DNA of 23,252 nucleotides from Microcoleaceae cyanobacterium (GTDB taxonomy: Bacteria > Cyanobacteriota > Cyanobacteriia > Cyanobacteriales > Microcoleaceae): NCBI GenBank assembly GCA_051652765.1, contig JBOFUV010000085.1, positions 1 to 23,252 on the forward strand. The letters are read 5' to 3'. Each line of letters begins with the position of its first letter. Position 1 is the first letter of the stretch. The notes under the pieces are model-generated. The model saw only the letters and a program-made list of their open reading frames with translations. It searched no databases and was not told the DNA's origin. Shown one piece after another: positions 9,412 through 17,512 of this stretch. The translations under genes were made by a program, and so were the position numbers.

Positions 9412-10905
9412 TCAATCCAGTTCACCTTCTAGGATCATGGCGATCGCCTTACGGGCATTCTCCCGGAATTCCTGCACGTTGACGCGACTTAATAACCCAA
9501 TGGCAACAATCATACCGATGACTTGCACAGTAAATACAGTACCGTAGGCCAAAACAGGTTGAGTAAAGAGAGCACGACCCAGATCCAGAATTGCTCCCCC
9601 TAAAACAGTTGCCAAGCCTCGCGCCATCGCCTGAGCTAATCCCCAAGCCCCAATGAATGTTCCAGCCGTTTCAGCCGCAGTCAAATCCAGCATGAGACTG
9701 ATTGCCCCTGCCGTAAGAATTCCAGAACCGAGCCCAAACAACAATAGCGCCCCTTTAAGAAATTCTGGATTTGCTGCAACCCCAGCCAGGACGAAAAAAG
9801 TCAGGCAGATTGCTGTACTGATACAGCCCACCTTGACGGTCTGTTTCTTGCCAAGACGGGGGACAATCAAGAAGCCTGTTGACGCAATTCCAACCAACGT
9901 GCCGATGCCAAAAAAAGCATTTAACTGAGTTGTCTCCGAGACACACATCCCAAAAACTTCACCACCATAGGGTTCTAAGACCGCATCCTGCATGAATAAG
10001 CTAATGCTCATGACCAACAGAAAACTAAAAAATATGCCCGTTTGACGGTTTGCCATGAGAATTTTCAAGGCCCGATTGAAGGTGATCTGATCTTCTCGCC
10101 CTGTGGTTGTTGTGCGGGATTGATAGCGGGAAAATCGGTGTTCAATTCCCCATAGAGCCACAACTGACAGGGCGGCTACAAGGACAGGAACAACAATAAA
10201 TAGAGGGGTGACTGAGGTCTGCAACTGGGCAAGGTTCGTCGTCAAGTTGCCGCCAGCCGGGTTGGCTGTTAGAATATCTGACCCGCATAAGTCAGGCCGA
10301 TTTAGAATCTTAGAACTAATGATGGCTCCCACAACAATCCCCACCATTAGCATCGACCAAATAATACTAACCAGTTTAGAACGATTTTCTTCCTCAGAAA
10401 TATCGAACAATAATGCAGCGAAAGGAGTCGAACTCGCACTCAGCGCCAATCCATACAGCGCAAAAGTAATCGCAAGCAGTCCTGCCCAGCCATAGGTTAG
10501 AGCACTGAGCCCAGTGCTTTGTAAGCTGTTGCCCAGTTGCCAAACAACCTGTATTGCGAGGAAGGAGACGGTTGTAAACAGGGCTGCTCCCAACCAAACA
10601 TAGCCTGTTCGATGCAGGCCAAACAACGGTTTCGAATCTGAAAGTTGACCAAACCAGACCCGAGCCGGAGAGACAAACTGATGCATGGCAATCGCTCCTG
10701 CTGCGATCACAGCCGGAATCTTCAACTCATCAATCATGATGCGATTGATCACCCCTAGAGTCAACACCGACATGATCCCCAAGCCCATCTGGAACAAGCC
10801 CAATCGAAACATAGTCAGCAAGGGCACTTGAGGAGGTGACCCAGGAAGGGGCAAGCCGAATGCGGTCGATTCAAGCGATGGTTCAGGTGAACGGTCAATT
10901 GCCAT
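9412..10905 (-). CDS. pucC: PucC/BCD-family MFS protein (bacteriochlorophyll-delivery family)
   Basis: 497 aa multi-pass membrane protein with family motifs RLGLFQMGLGIMSVLTLGVINRIMI, FMQDAVLEPYGGEVFG and LMLDLT...AGTFIGAWGLAQA. Confidence 0.88.
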   Translation of the reverse strand: MAIDRSPEPSLESTAFGLPLPGSPPQVPLLTMFRLGLFQMGLGIMSVLTLGVINRIMIDELKIPAVIAAGAIAMHQFVSPARVWFGQLSDSKPLFGLHRTGYVWLGAALFTTVSFLAIQVVWQLGNSLQSTGLSALTYGWAGLLAITFALYGLALSASSTPFAALLFDISEEENRSKLVSIIWSMLMVGIVVGAIISSKILNRPDLCGSDILTANPAGGNLTTNLAQLQTSVTPLFIVVPVLVAALSVVALWGIEHRFSRYQSRTTTTGREDQITFNRALKILMANRQTGIFFSFLLVMSISLFMQDAVLEPYGGEVFGMCVSETTQLNAFFGIGTLVGIASTGFLIVPRLGKKQTVKVGCISTAICLTFFVLAGVAANPEFLKGALLLFGLGSGILTAGAISLMLDLTAAETAGTFIGAWGLAQAMARGLATVLGGAILDLGRALFTQPVLAYGTVFTVQVIGMIVAIGLLSRVNVQEFRENARKAIAMILEGELD

Positions 10906-11058
10906 AGCACCCTTTATAAAGGATAGAAAATTAACTTTATTAATGTAACATAAATTCCTAGATTATCTTAAGATATACTGAAGCGACATCATTCATAAAC
11001 TATGACAGGATTAGGGTATTTCCATAACCTTAGATCCATCTTTTAAATCTCTTAACTT

Positions 11059-11676
11059 ATGGAACTTATGGAACTTAATATTACCTCAAACGTAATTAAG
11101 ATTCAGACTGCAAATATTCATTATCTTGAGTCTGGATCGGGTGCTGATCCACCTATTTTGTTACTTCATGGATCGAGTTTTAGTGCTCAAACTTGGAAGG
11201 AAATTGGTACCTTAAAGCGACTTGGAAGTCATGGCTATCACGTTGTAGCGGTTGATCTTCCTGGGTATGGAAAATCTGATGCCATTTCCAACTATCAATC
11301 AGAGTTCTTGCTGAAGTTGATCGATAAACTAGCTCTGAATGGTGCAATTCTAGTTTCTCCATCCATGAGTGGAACCTATAGCCTACCTTTCATCGTTGAT
11401 CATCGCGAATCCCTTAGAGGACTAGTTGCTGTTGCGCCAGTTGGGATTCCCAAAATGAGCCCGCAACTTCAAGGAAATGCTTTACCCACGTTAGCAATTT
11501 GGGGGAGTGACGATCAAATTGTTCCAGTTGAACAGGCTGATTTGCTAATTGAAATGATGCCCAATGCAGAGAAAGTGATATTGCCCAAAGCAGGACATGC
11601 TTGTTACTTGAAAGCAACAAATAAATTTCATGAACATCTCCTTCAATTTATAGAAAAGGTTCTCAATAAGTCCTAA
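11059..11676 (+). CDS. Alpha/beta hydrolase, ABHD14B-like (start could be the second ATG at 11068)
   Basis: LLLHG oxyanion motif, VDLPGYGKS, nucleophile elbow VSPSMSG, acid in WGSDD and catalytic His in AGHACYL. Confidence 0.85.
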   Translation: MELMELNITSNVIKIQTANIHYLESGSGADPPILLLHGSSFSAQTWKEIGTLKRLGSHGYHVVAVDLPGYGKSDAISNYQSEFLLKLIDKLALNGAILVSPSMSGTYSLPFIVDHRESLRGLVAVAPVGIPKMSPQLQGNALPTLAIWGSDDQIVPVEQADLLIEMMPNAEKVILPKAGHACYLKATNKFHEHLLQFIEKVLNKS

Positions 11677-11763
11677 ACAAGTGCTAAATCGTGATAAGGA
11701 TCTACAATTTTCTCGTTCCTTAAATCAACATTCTTTACAATTCAACCCAATATTTAGAATAAA

Positions 11764-12309
11764 ATGCCTAAACAAACAAAAAATGCCTTATTTATTCTTG
11801 GTGGTTTAGATGACAGCGATCTTCAATGGATTATCAATCGGGGCAAAGTCAAGACAATACCACCTGGTGAAACTTTGATTTATGAAGGCAGACCGATTAA
11901 TGCCTTGTATATGGTTTTGAGTGGATTATTGCGGGTTTCCATTTTCCCCAACGGCGAGAAAGAGCTTGCACAGCTCTCTTTGGGAGAAGTGGTCGGAGAG
12001 ATTTCATTTATTGATAGCCGCCCTCCCTTAGCAAATGTACAAGCAGTTGAAAAAAGCCAGGTTTTAGCAATTCCTCGCTACGAACTGAATGCTCAACTCA
12101 ATCGAAACTCGGGATTTTCGTCTCGATTTTATCAGGGAATTTCTCTTTGTCTTGCAAGTCGGATGCGGGGTACTATTAGGCGATTAGGATATCAAATTGA
12201 TGATGATGATTTAGATATAGACGCAGAAGGAATTGATGAAAATTTCAGGGATTTCCTCATCCTTGCAGAAGCAAAATTTAACTGGATGATTCAGAATTTG
12301 AATCTCTAG
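11764..12309 (+). CDS. Cyclic-nucleotide-binding domain protein (no evident Crp HTH)
   Basis: 181 aa: GETLIYEG, LYMVLSG, GEVVGEISFIDSRPPLANVQA (phosphate-binding cassette region), with an acidic C-terminal tail. Confidence 0.85.
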   Translation: MPKQTKNALFILGGLDDSDLQWIINRGKVKTIPPGETLIYEGRPINALYMVLSGLLRVSIFPNGEKELAQLSLGEVVGEISFIDSRPPLANVQAVEKSQVLAIPRYELNAQLNRNSGFSSRFYQGISLCLASRMRGTIRRLGYQIDDDDLDIDAEGIDENFRDFLILAEAKFNWMIQNLNL

Positions 12310-12454
12310 TCCAGAGTTTTTAGTATAAATCAAACAATCCTAAATCAGTTGGGGGAAATCAAAGCGGGGTTTGAGGAATCTGTCCCTGAGCAGGGTTCCG
12401 TCACCCTACTTCACAATTTCACAAAATTTTATAAATCCCTTGAGATTGCTATAA

Positions 12455-13492
12455 TTATTCTGAATTCCTTGCACTCTGAAGGCGAATTAAGCGCTGCACG
12501 CTGATGACAACTTTGTTGAATTCATAACCCTTTAGATGAGGATCAATCAGGTGAGCCTGTTGTTCTTCCTCAATCATTAAAATATCCTGCTGAACCAGTC
12601 CATCCAATAGTTTCTGAGCAGCACCAAACAAACGATTTTTAATAAACTTACGGAAAGCAATTGGAAGCTTATGTAATCGCCAAAATGCTTGAAGTGAGGT
12701 GAAATGGATCAAGTAAGCACGAGTTTCTGTCAGGCCAATTGGGCAAAATAGGCAATAAATTTTGAAATCTTTCCCCAAAGTTGCAACCCAGTGGGGATAA
12801 ATGTAGCTGACTCTTAACGGTTCTGGGTGCAATTTTCGCAGTGCCGGAATCAAGAGCTGAGAAATTGACCAAATCTTGTCAATTTGATAGTAACTTTGTG
12901 CCTGATACTCAACATTAACTGTGTGCTGATCTTCATCAATATTTTTTAATCTTGCATTAGTCCAAGCTTGTAATTCTTGATGGAGATGACCATGATACAT
13001 ATCCATCAAATTTTCAATTACAAAAGAATAATGAGCTTGACAATGAATTATCGAAACAGTAGCAATGTAATTTAAATGTTCCCATTCAGGCACATCTAAA
13101 CGTGAGATTTGAGTTGGGTTTTGTCCAGGAAATAACCAGATAAATCCGTCTTTTTCCTGGACAGAATACTGACGTAGCTTGCAAGTTGGCAATCGTTGAT
13201 CTTCCCCTAAATAAGGGACTTGAATACAGTTTCCTTCTGAGTTAAATTGCCAACCATGATAAGCACATTCCAAGACATTATTAACAACTTGACCATGACT
13301 TAATCTGACATGACGATGAGGACAACGATCCTCGAGAGCATGAACTTTACCAAGATCATCTCGAAATAAAACAATTGGCTGATACCAGAGTCTGACGCTG
13401 ACAGGTTGACTCTTCACTTCAGGACTTTGAGCAACCACATACCAATGATTGAGATTAATTCCAAGTTGATGAATGTCAGGATTAGAAGTCAT
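12455..13492 (-). CDS. cruH: Rieske non-heme iron oxygenase, probable CruH (chi-ring C-18 hydroxylase of the synechoxanthin pathway)
   Basis: Rieske motif DRCPHR...CAYHGW and mononuclear iron motif ENLMDMYHGHLH. It lies 38 bp downstream of a cruE-like gene. The specific CruH call rests on that context. Confidence 0.7.
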   Translation of the reverse strand: MTSNPDIHQLGINLNHWYVVAQSPEVKSQPVSVRLWYQPIVLFRDDLGKVHALEDRCPHRHVRLSHGQVVNNVLECAYHGWQFNSEGNCIQVPYLGEDQRLPTCKLRQYSVQEKDGFIWLFPGQNPTQISRLDVPEWEHLNYIATVSIIHCQAHYSFVIENLMDMYHGHLHQELQAWTNARLKNIDEDQHTVNVEYQAQSYYQIDKIWSISQLLIPALRKLHPEPLRVSYIYPHWVATLGKDFKIYCLFCPIGLTETRAYLIHFTSLQAFWRLHKLPIAFRKFIKNRLFGAAQKLLDGLVQQDILMIEEEQQAHLIDPHLKGYEFNKVVISVQRLIRLQSARNSE

Positions 13493-13530
13493 CTTTTTGC
13501 ATTACTTTGAACTTCTTTCTATCACTTTAA

Positions 13531-15612
13531 CTATATTTGTAGGAATCCTTCTGGACTAACGGAGAGCAGCGATCGCTGCTGAAGTCCCTCTTGACGTAAA
13601 ACTTCATTGGCTGCGAGTAATCCACTGCTCACCGCTCGCTCCATCAAACCGCAGGGAAAAGGCATTTTCACCCAGTCTCCAGCAAATATTAAATTGTCAG
13701 CTTTAGATTGAGTTCCTGGCCGACTAGCGTAACTACCGGGGGGATATCCGGCAAAATTTTTCTGATTGACTAACTCTCGATGGATCAAGGTTGCTGACTC
13801 CAACTCAGGGACAATTTCATAAAGTTCCCGTTCAAAAGTTTTTAGCAGATCTTCTTGAGTGGGAAACTGAGCTTCTTTATAACAGTAAGTGTGCAGTTCA
13901 ACAACACTTCCCCCAGTTTTTTTATGCCATTGAATAAACTGATCTTGAATACGATGATAGAGGGTAATACTATCCGTCAACTGATATCCTGACAAAGATG
14001 TAAAGTTACTATGTTGCCAAGGAAAATCTCGATCAAACCAAAAACGACAAACTGCAAAGGGATCGGCAACTTGTAAGGTTTTAACCTGTTGAGCTACCCG
14101 TTGATCAACCTCTCCTTGACTTAAATCAAACAGTTTTTGAGTTCCTGGAATATCAGTTGCAAACACAAAATAATCGGCTTGTAAAGTTGCAGGCTGAGCA
14201 ATAGATTTCTGAGCAACAGATTTAGGTGTTTGAGCTACAAGTTGAATGCGATCGCCCTGATCTTCAATGACCTCAAACCGTTGTAAATCCTGTTGAGCTG
14301 GGCCTGAAATAACTTGACCTTGAGAGTTATAAACTGCCCCATGACAAGGGCAATGGAAATTGCCATCTTCAGCTTGTTTGACAATACATCCTTGATGGGT
14401 ACAAATCAGAGAAAGAGCCTGAACTTTTTGGGTCGAAGTGTTTAATAAAAGCCTTGATGAAACTTCTGACAAGGGTTCTGACAAGGGCTCTGACAAGGGT
14501 TCTGACAAAACCAAATAGACCTGATCTCCCGCCCCAAAATATTTTGAGGTTCTCTGGGCAAGATCTTTAGAAGAGTTGGTTACGTCTACAGAAGACTTGA
14601 ATACAGAAGAACTTAATCCAGAATTAACAGTCACCCAAAACGGAACTGAACTTTGATCACTGCCTTGAAAATAGGAAATTTCTGCAACTTTTTCGGCTTG
14701 CCAGATCACTTGATCAATGTGGGCTTCAGTCAAGATTTTTCCCTCTCGTTCTAAAATCTTTTGAGCAATGGGGTGAACCAAGCTAGTTCCCATATCTTGG
14801 CGAGTCCCACTGAATGCCAAACCTTCAGGATTACCAAAAAAATAGAAGTGAAAAAACTGCATTAACTCTCCTGTACTCAATTGATCAGGAGCGTTCAAAC
14901 TTGACTTGGCAAAGGGCAAAAAATACAAATCATACAATCCCTGAGGAAAGTCGTCTTTGACCCAGTCCGCAACAGAAATTTGGTCGAGCCGTTGAAAACT
15001 GTCGGGTATTTTGAACCCACTAATTTCTCGAAAGACCTGCCAGTGAGCTGGGTGAGTTAAATTAATTCCCCAGTTCAAACAGTTGGGGGAAGAAATTGCC
15101 AAATCAATCACGTTCCAGGGAAAAGCAGAATGACTGGGACGGAATACCTCTGGCTTGTATTGATCATCCCGAAATACGACTGAATAAGACTCAAGAGAAA
15201 CAAAGTTATCCTGAAGTTCCAACTCTTGAACAATACTTTTGAGATTGTAATACTGAGGAAAAAAACCATGAAATCCATGTTCCATCTGAAAGGTTTCATC
15301 CCCGACTTGAATCGGCCAGCTTGCAATTTTTCCTCCGAGTTGAGGGGACTTCTCCAACAAGGTAACTTGAAATCCCCGCTGACTCAATTCATAGGCACAA
15401 GCCAGTCCAGCCAAGCCTGCGCCAACAATCACAACCTTTTTTGGCTGACCTGAATAGCGAGGTAAATCTAAAACATCGGGTTGAAAAACCGTTGGTTGAG
15501 GCGTTTTAAATCGGGAATAACCCAACAATCCAAGGATTCCTAAACCAAGAAACTGAAGCAGATTTCGCCGAGAGTAAGACTGAACCTGGGGTGAAACGGG
15601 AGGTGAACTCAT
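13531..15612 (-). CDS. cruE: CrtU/CruE-type carotenoid ring desaturase/methyltransferase (FAD oxidoreductase with an inserted Rieske domain)
   Basis: FAD-binding GAGLAGL, MEHGFHGFFPQYYNL, internal Rieske CTHQGC...CPCHG and C-terminal FAGDWV...LMERAVSSGLLAAN. The ATG at 15612 is preferred over the TTG at 15645. Confidence 0.82.
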   Translation of the reverse strand: MSSPPVSPQVQSYSRRNLLQFLGLGILGLLGYSRFKTPQPTVFQPDVLDLPRYSGQPKKVVIVGAGLAGLACAYELSQRGFQVTLLEKSPQLGGKIASWPIQVGDETFQMEHGFHGFFPQYYNLKSIVQELELQDNFVSLESYSVVFRDDQYKPEVFRPSHSAFPWNVIDLAISSPNCLNWGINLTHPAHWQVFREISGFKIPDSFQRLDQISVADWVKDDFPQGLYDLYFLPFAKSSLNAPDQLSTGELMQFFHFYFFGNPEGLAFSGTRQDMGTSLVHPIAQKILEREGKILTEAHIDQVIWQAEKVAEISYFQGSDQSSVPFWVTVNSGLSSSVFKSSVDVTNSSKDLAQRTSKYFGAGDQVYLVLSEPLSEPLSEPLSEVSSRLLLNTSTQKVQALSLICTHQGCIVKQAEDGNFHCPCHGAVYNSQGQVISGPAQQDLQRFEVIEDQGDRIQLVAQTPKSVAQKSIAQPATLQADYFVFATDIPGTQKLFDLSQGEVDQRVAQQVKTLQVADPFAVCRFWFDRDFPWQHSNFTSLSGYQLTDSITLYHRIQDQFIQWHKKTGGSVVELHTYCYKEAQFPTQEDLLKTFERELYEIVPELESATLIHRELVNQKNFAGYPPGSYASRPGTQSKADNLIFAGDWVKMPFPCGLMERAVSSGLLAANEVLRQEGLQQRSLLSVSPEGFLQI
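14465..14508. repeat. 12-bp tandem repeat (~3.7 units) inside cruE, encoding (SEPL)n
   Basis: tctgacaagggt tctgacaagggc tctgacaagggt tctgacaa. Confidence 0.9.
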
Positions 15613-15751
15613 GGGCAATTTTATCAAAAATAGGTTTTTCCCCAATCAGAGGAGTAAGTTTTTCTAGGTTTATATCCCGCCCGCTCTGGTGTGGGAAAAC
15701 CTTGAGTATACTAACACTCCTTTCGGTATTGCACAGTCCTGTGCCAATTCC

Positions 15752-15875
15752 ACGGCAATTCTCATTTTAACCAGTGGGATCTTTGAAACCCTTACACCAA
15801 GAAGCTTTGATCATGACTTGCAACCCCAAAAAACGCTTGAATCCAGTAGACCCATCTCATCATAAGAATTGCTGT
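15752..15875. mobile_element. MITE-like element, copy 1
   Basis: Ends ACGGCAATTCTCA ... TAAGAATTGCTGT form a 13-bp inverted repeat (11/13 match). The core 15778-15854 aligns without gaps to 22819-22895 (63/77 identical by hand count). Confidence 0.65.
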
Positions 15876-16017
15876 CAACTCTAGAATAAACGTTCAGCAA
15901 CATCCAGAATAATCTCGCTGCCGTTGCTTAAACGATTCTCCAAGAGATTTCACAACGAGCAACATTTTGATCAGGAGGTTAAACTTTAAGGGAGAAAGAC
16001 CTACGTCATTTAGCAAC

Positions 16018-17508
16018 ATGGTACAAGCTCCAACCCGCCAAACCAATGCAACAGAATTGGCAACTCTTGCGATTGACCTGATCCGCCAAGCCGGATGTGA
16101 ATATGGCGATGTGCGCTTTTGCACCTATCGCAAACAAACCCTTTTCGCGCGCGATCGCTCCCTCAGTCGTTTAGAGGACAACGATAATTCAGGGTTTGGG
16201 GTGCGGGTCTTGTTGAACGGGGCTTGGGGATTTGCCGCCAGTCATCGTAAAACTTTGGAAGAAGTGACTCGCATTGTCAATCTAGCAGTAGAAATTGCCA
16301 AAGGCAGCCGTTTATGCCAGCAAACTCCGATTCAATTGGTTCCGGTTGAAGCCTATCAAGATACTTACATTACCCCAATCAAAATTAATCCCTTTGATAT
16401 TCCGGTTGGAGAAAAAGCTGAACTGCTATTAGACTGGAATGAACGGTTGCTGAATTATGAAAATCAAGGGATTAAAAAAGCATCTTCCTATCTTTTATTC
16501 AGTCAGGAAGATAAACTGTTTGCTTCAACGGTCGGTTCTCTAATTAGCCAGACGATCTATCGCAGTTATGGTGGGTTTGGTTGTACTGCGATCGCCAATG
16601 GAGATGCCCAGGAACGAGGCTATGAACGTCCTCCTTTAAACATAGGTTATGAGCAGATTGACACAGCAGATTTTTATGCTCAAATTGACCGAGTGGCAAT
16701 GGAAGCCATTGCAAAAGTTCATGCTCCTAAAGGCCCTTCTGGAATTCTTTCAACTTTAATTTTAAAGCCTACCAATGTGTGGTTAACCATTCATGAATCG
16801 GTAGGACATCCCACAGAATTAGACCGAGTTTATGGCTACGAATCTAATTTTGCTGGGACTAGTTTTGCTACAACAAATCATCTAGGAACACTGCAATATG
16901 CAGCTCCTTGGGTGAATTTTAAATGTGATCGCACCCAACTCCAGGGGCGAAGCACAATGGCCTACGACGATGAAGGAGTTCCCGCTCAGGACTGGTACGT
17001 GGTGAAAGATGGTGTTCTGGTCGATTATCTAACCGATCGGGAAACGGCTTATCGTTTGGGTCGAGAGAGTAGTAATGGTTGCGCCTACGCCGATAGCTGG
17101 TCAAGTGTACCCATGGTAAGAATTCCGAATTTAGGACTAGAACCCGGTGCAGAGGGCGGCAGCCACACCGCCACCCTACAAGAAATGATTGCAGACACGG
17201 AAGATGGGATTTTAATTGATGGGATTGGCAGTTTTTCCATCGACCAACAACGACGTAATTTTCAGTTTGGGGGGGATGCTTTTTGGCAGGTGAAAAACGG
17301 CAAAGTTACCGGCATGTTGAAAGATGTCACTTATCATGCCATGACTACTGAATTCTGGAACAAAGTTGATGCGATTGGGCCTCAGTCTGAGCAGCAACAA
17401 TGCGGCACCAATCTGTGTGGAAAAGGCGAACCAATGCAGATTGCTCAAATGACTCACGCCTGCGTTCCCGTAAGAGTTCGAGAAATTCACATCGGGGGCG
17501 CATCTTAG
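16018..17508 (+). CDS. tldD: TldD-family metalloprotease
   Basis: GFGVRVLLNGAWGFA, zinc motif HESVGH, YDDEGVP, PMVRIPN, C-terminal CGKGEPMQ. The ATG at 16018 is preferred over the TTG at 15967. Confidence 0.9.
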   Translation: MVQAPTRQTNATELATLAIDLIRQAGCEYGDVRFCTYRKQTLFARDRSLSRLEDNDNSGFGVRVLLNGAWGFAASHRKTLEEVTRIVNLAVEIAKGSRLCQQTPIQLVPVEAYQDTYITPIKINPFDIPVGEKAELLLDWNERLLNYENQGIKKASSYLLFSQEDKLFASTVGSLISQTIYRSYGGFGCTAIANGDAQERGYERPPLNIGYEQIDTADFYAQIDRVAMEAIAKVHAPKGPSGILSTLILKPTNVWLTIHESVGHPTELDRVYGYESNFAGTSFATTNHLGTLQYAAPWVNFKCDRTQLQGRSTMAYDDEGVPAQDWYVVKDGVLVDYLTDRETAYRLGRESSNGCAYADSWSSVPMVRIPNLGLEPGAEGGSHTATLQEMIADTEDGILIDGIGSFSIDQQRRNFQFGGDAFWQVKNGKVTGMLKDVTYHAMTTEFWNKVDAIGPQSEQQQCGTNLCGKGEPMQIAQMTHACVPVRVREIHIGGAS

Positions 17509-17512
17509 CTAC

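Noticed and set aside
15778..15854. GAAACCCTT-containing motif reminiscent of cyanobacterial CRISPR leaders
   Set aside because: No repeat-spacer array or cas gene follows either copy.
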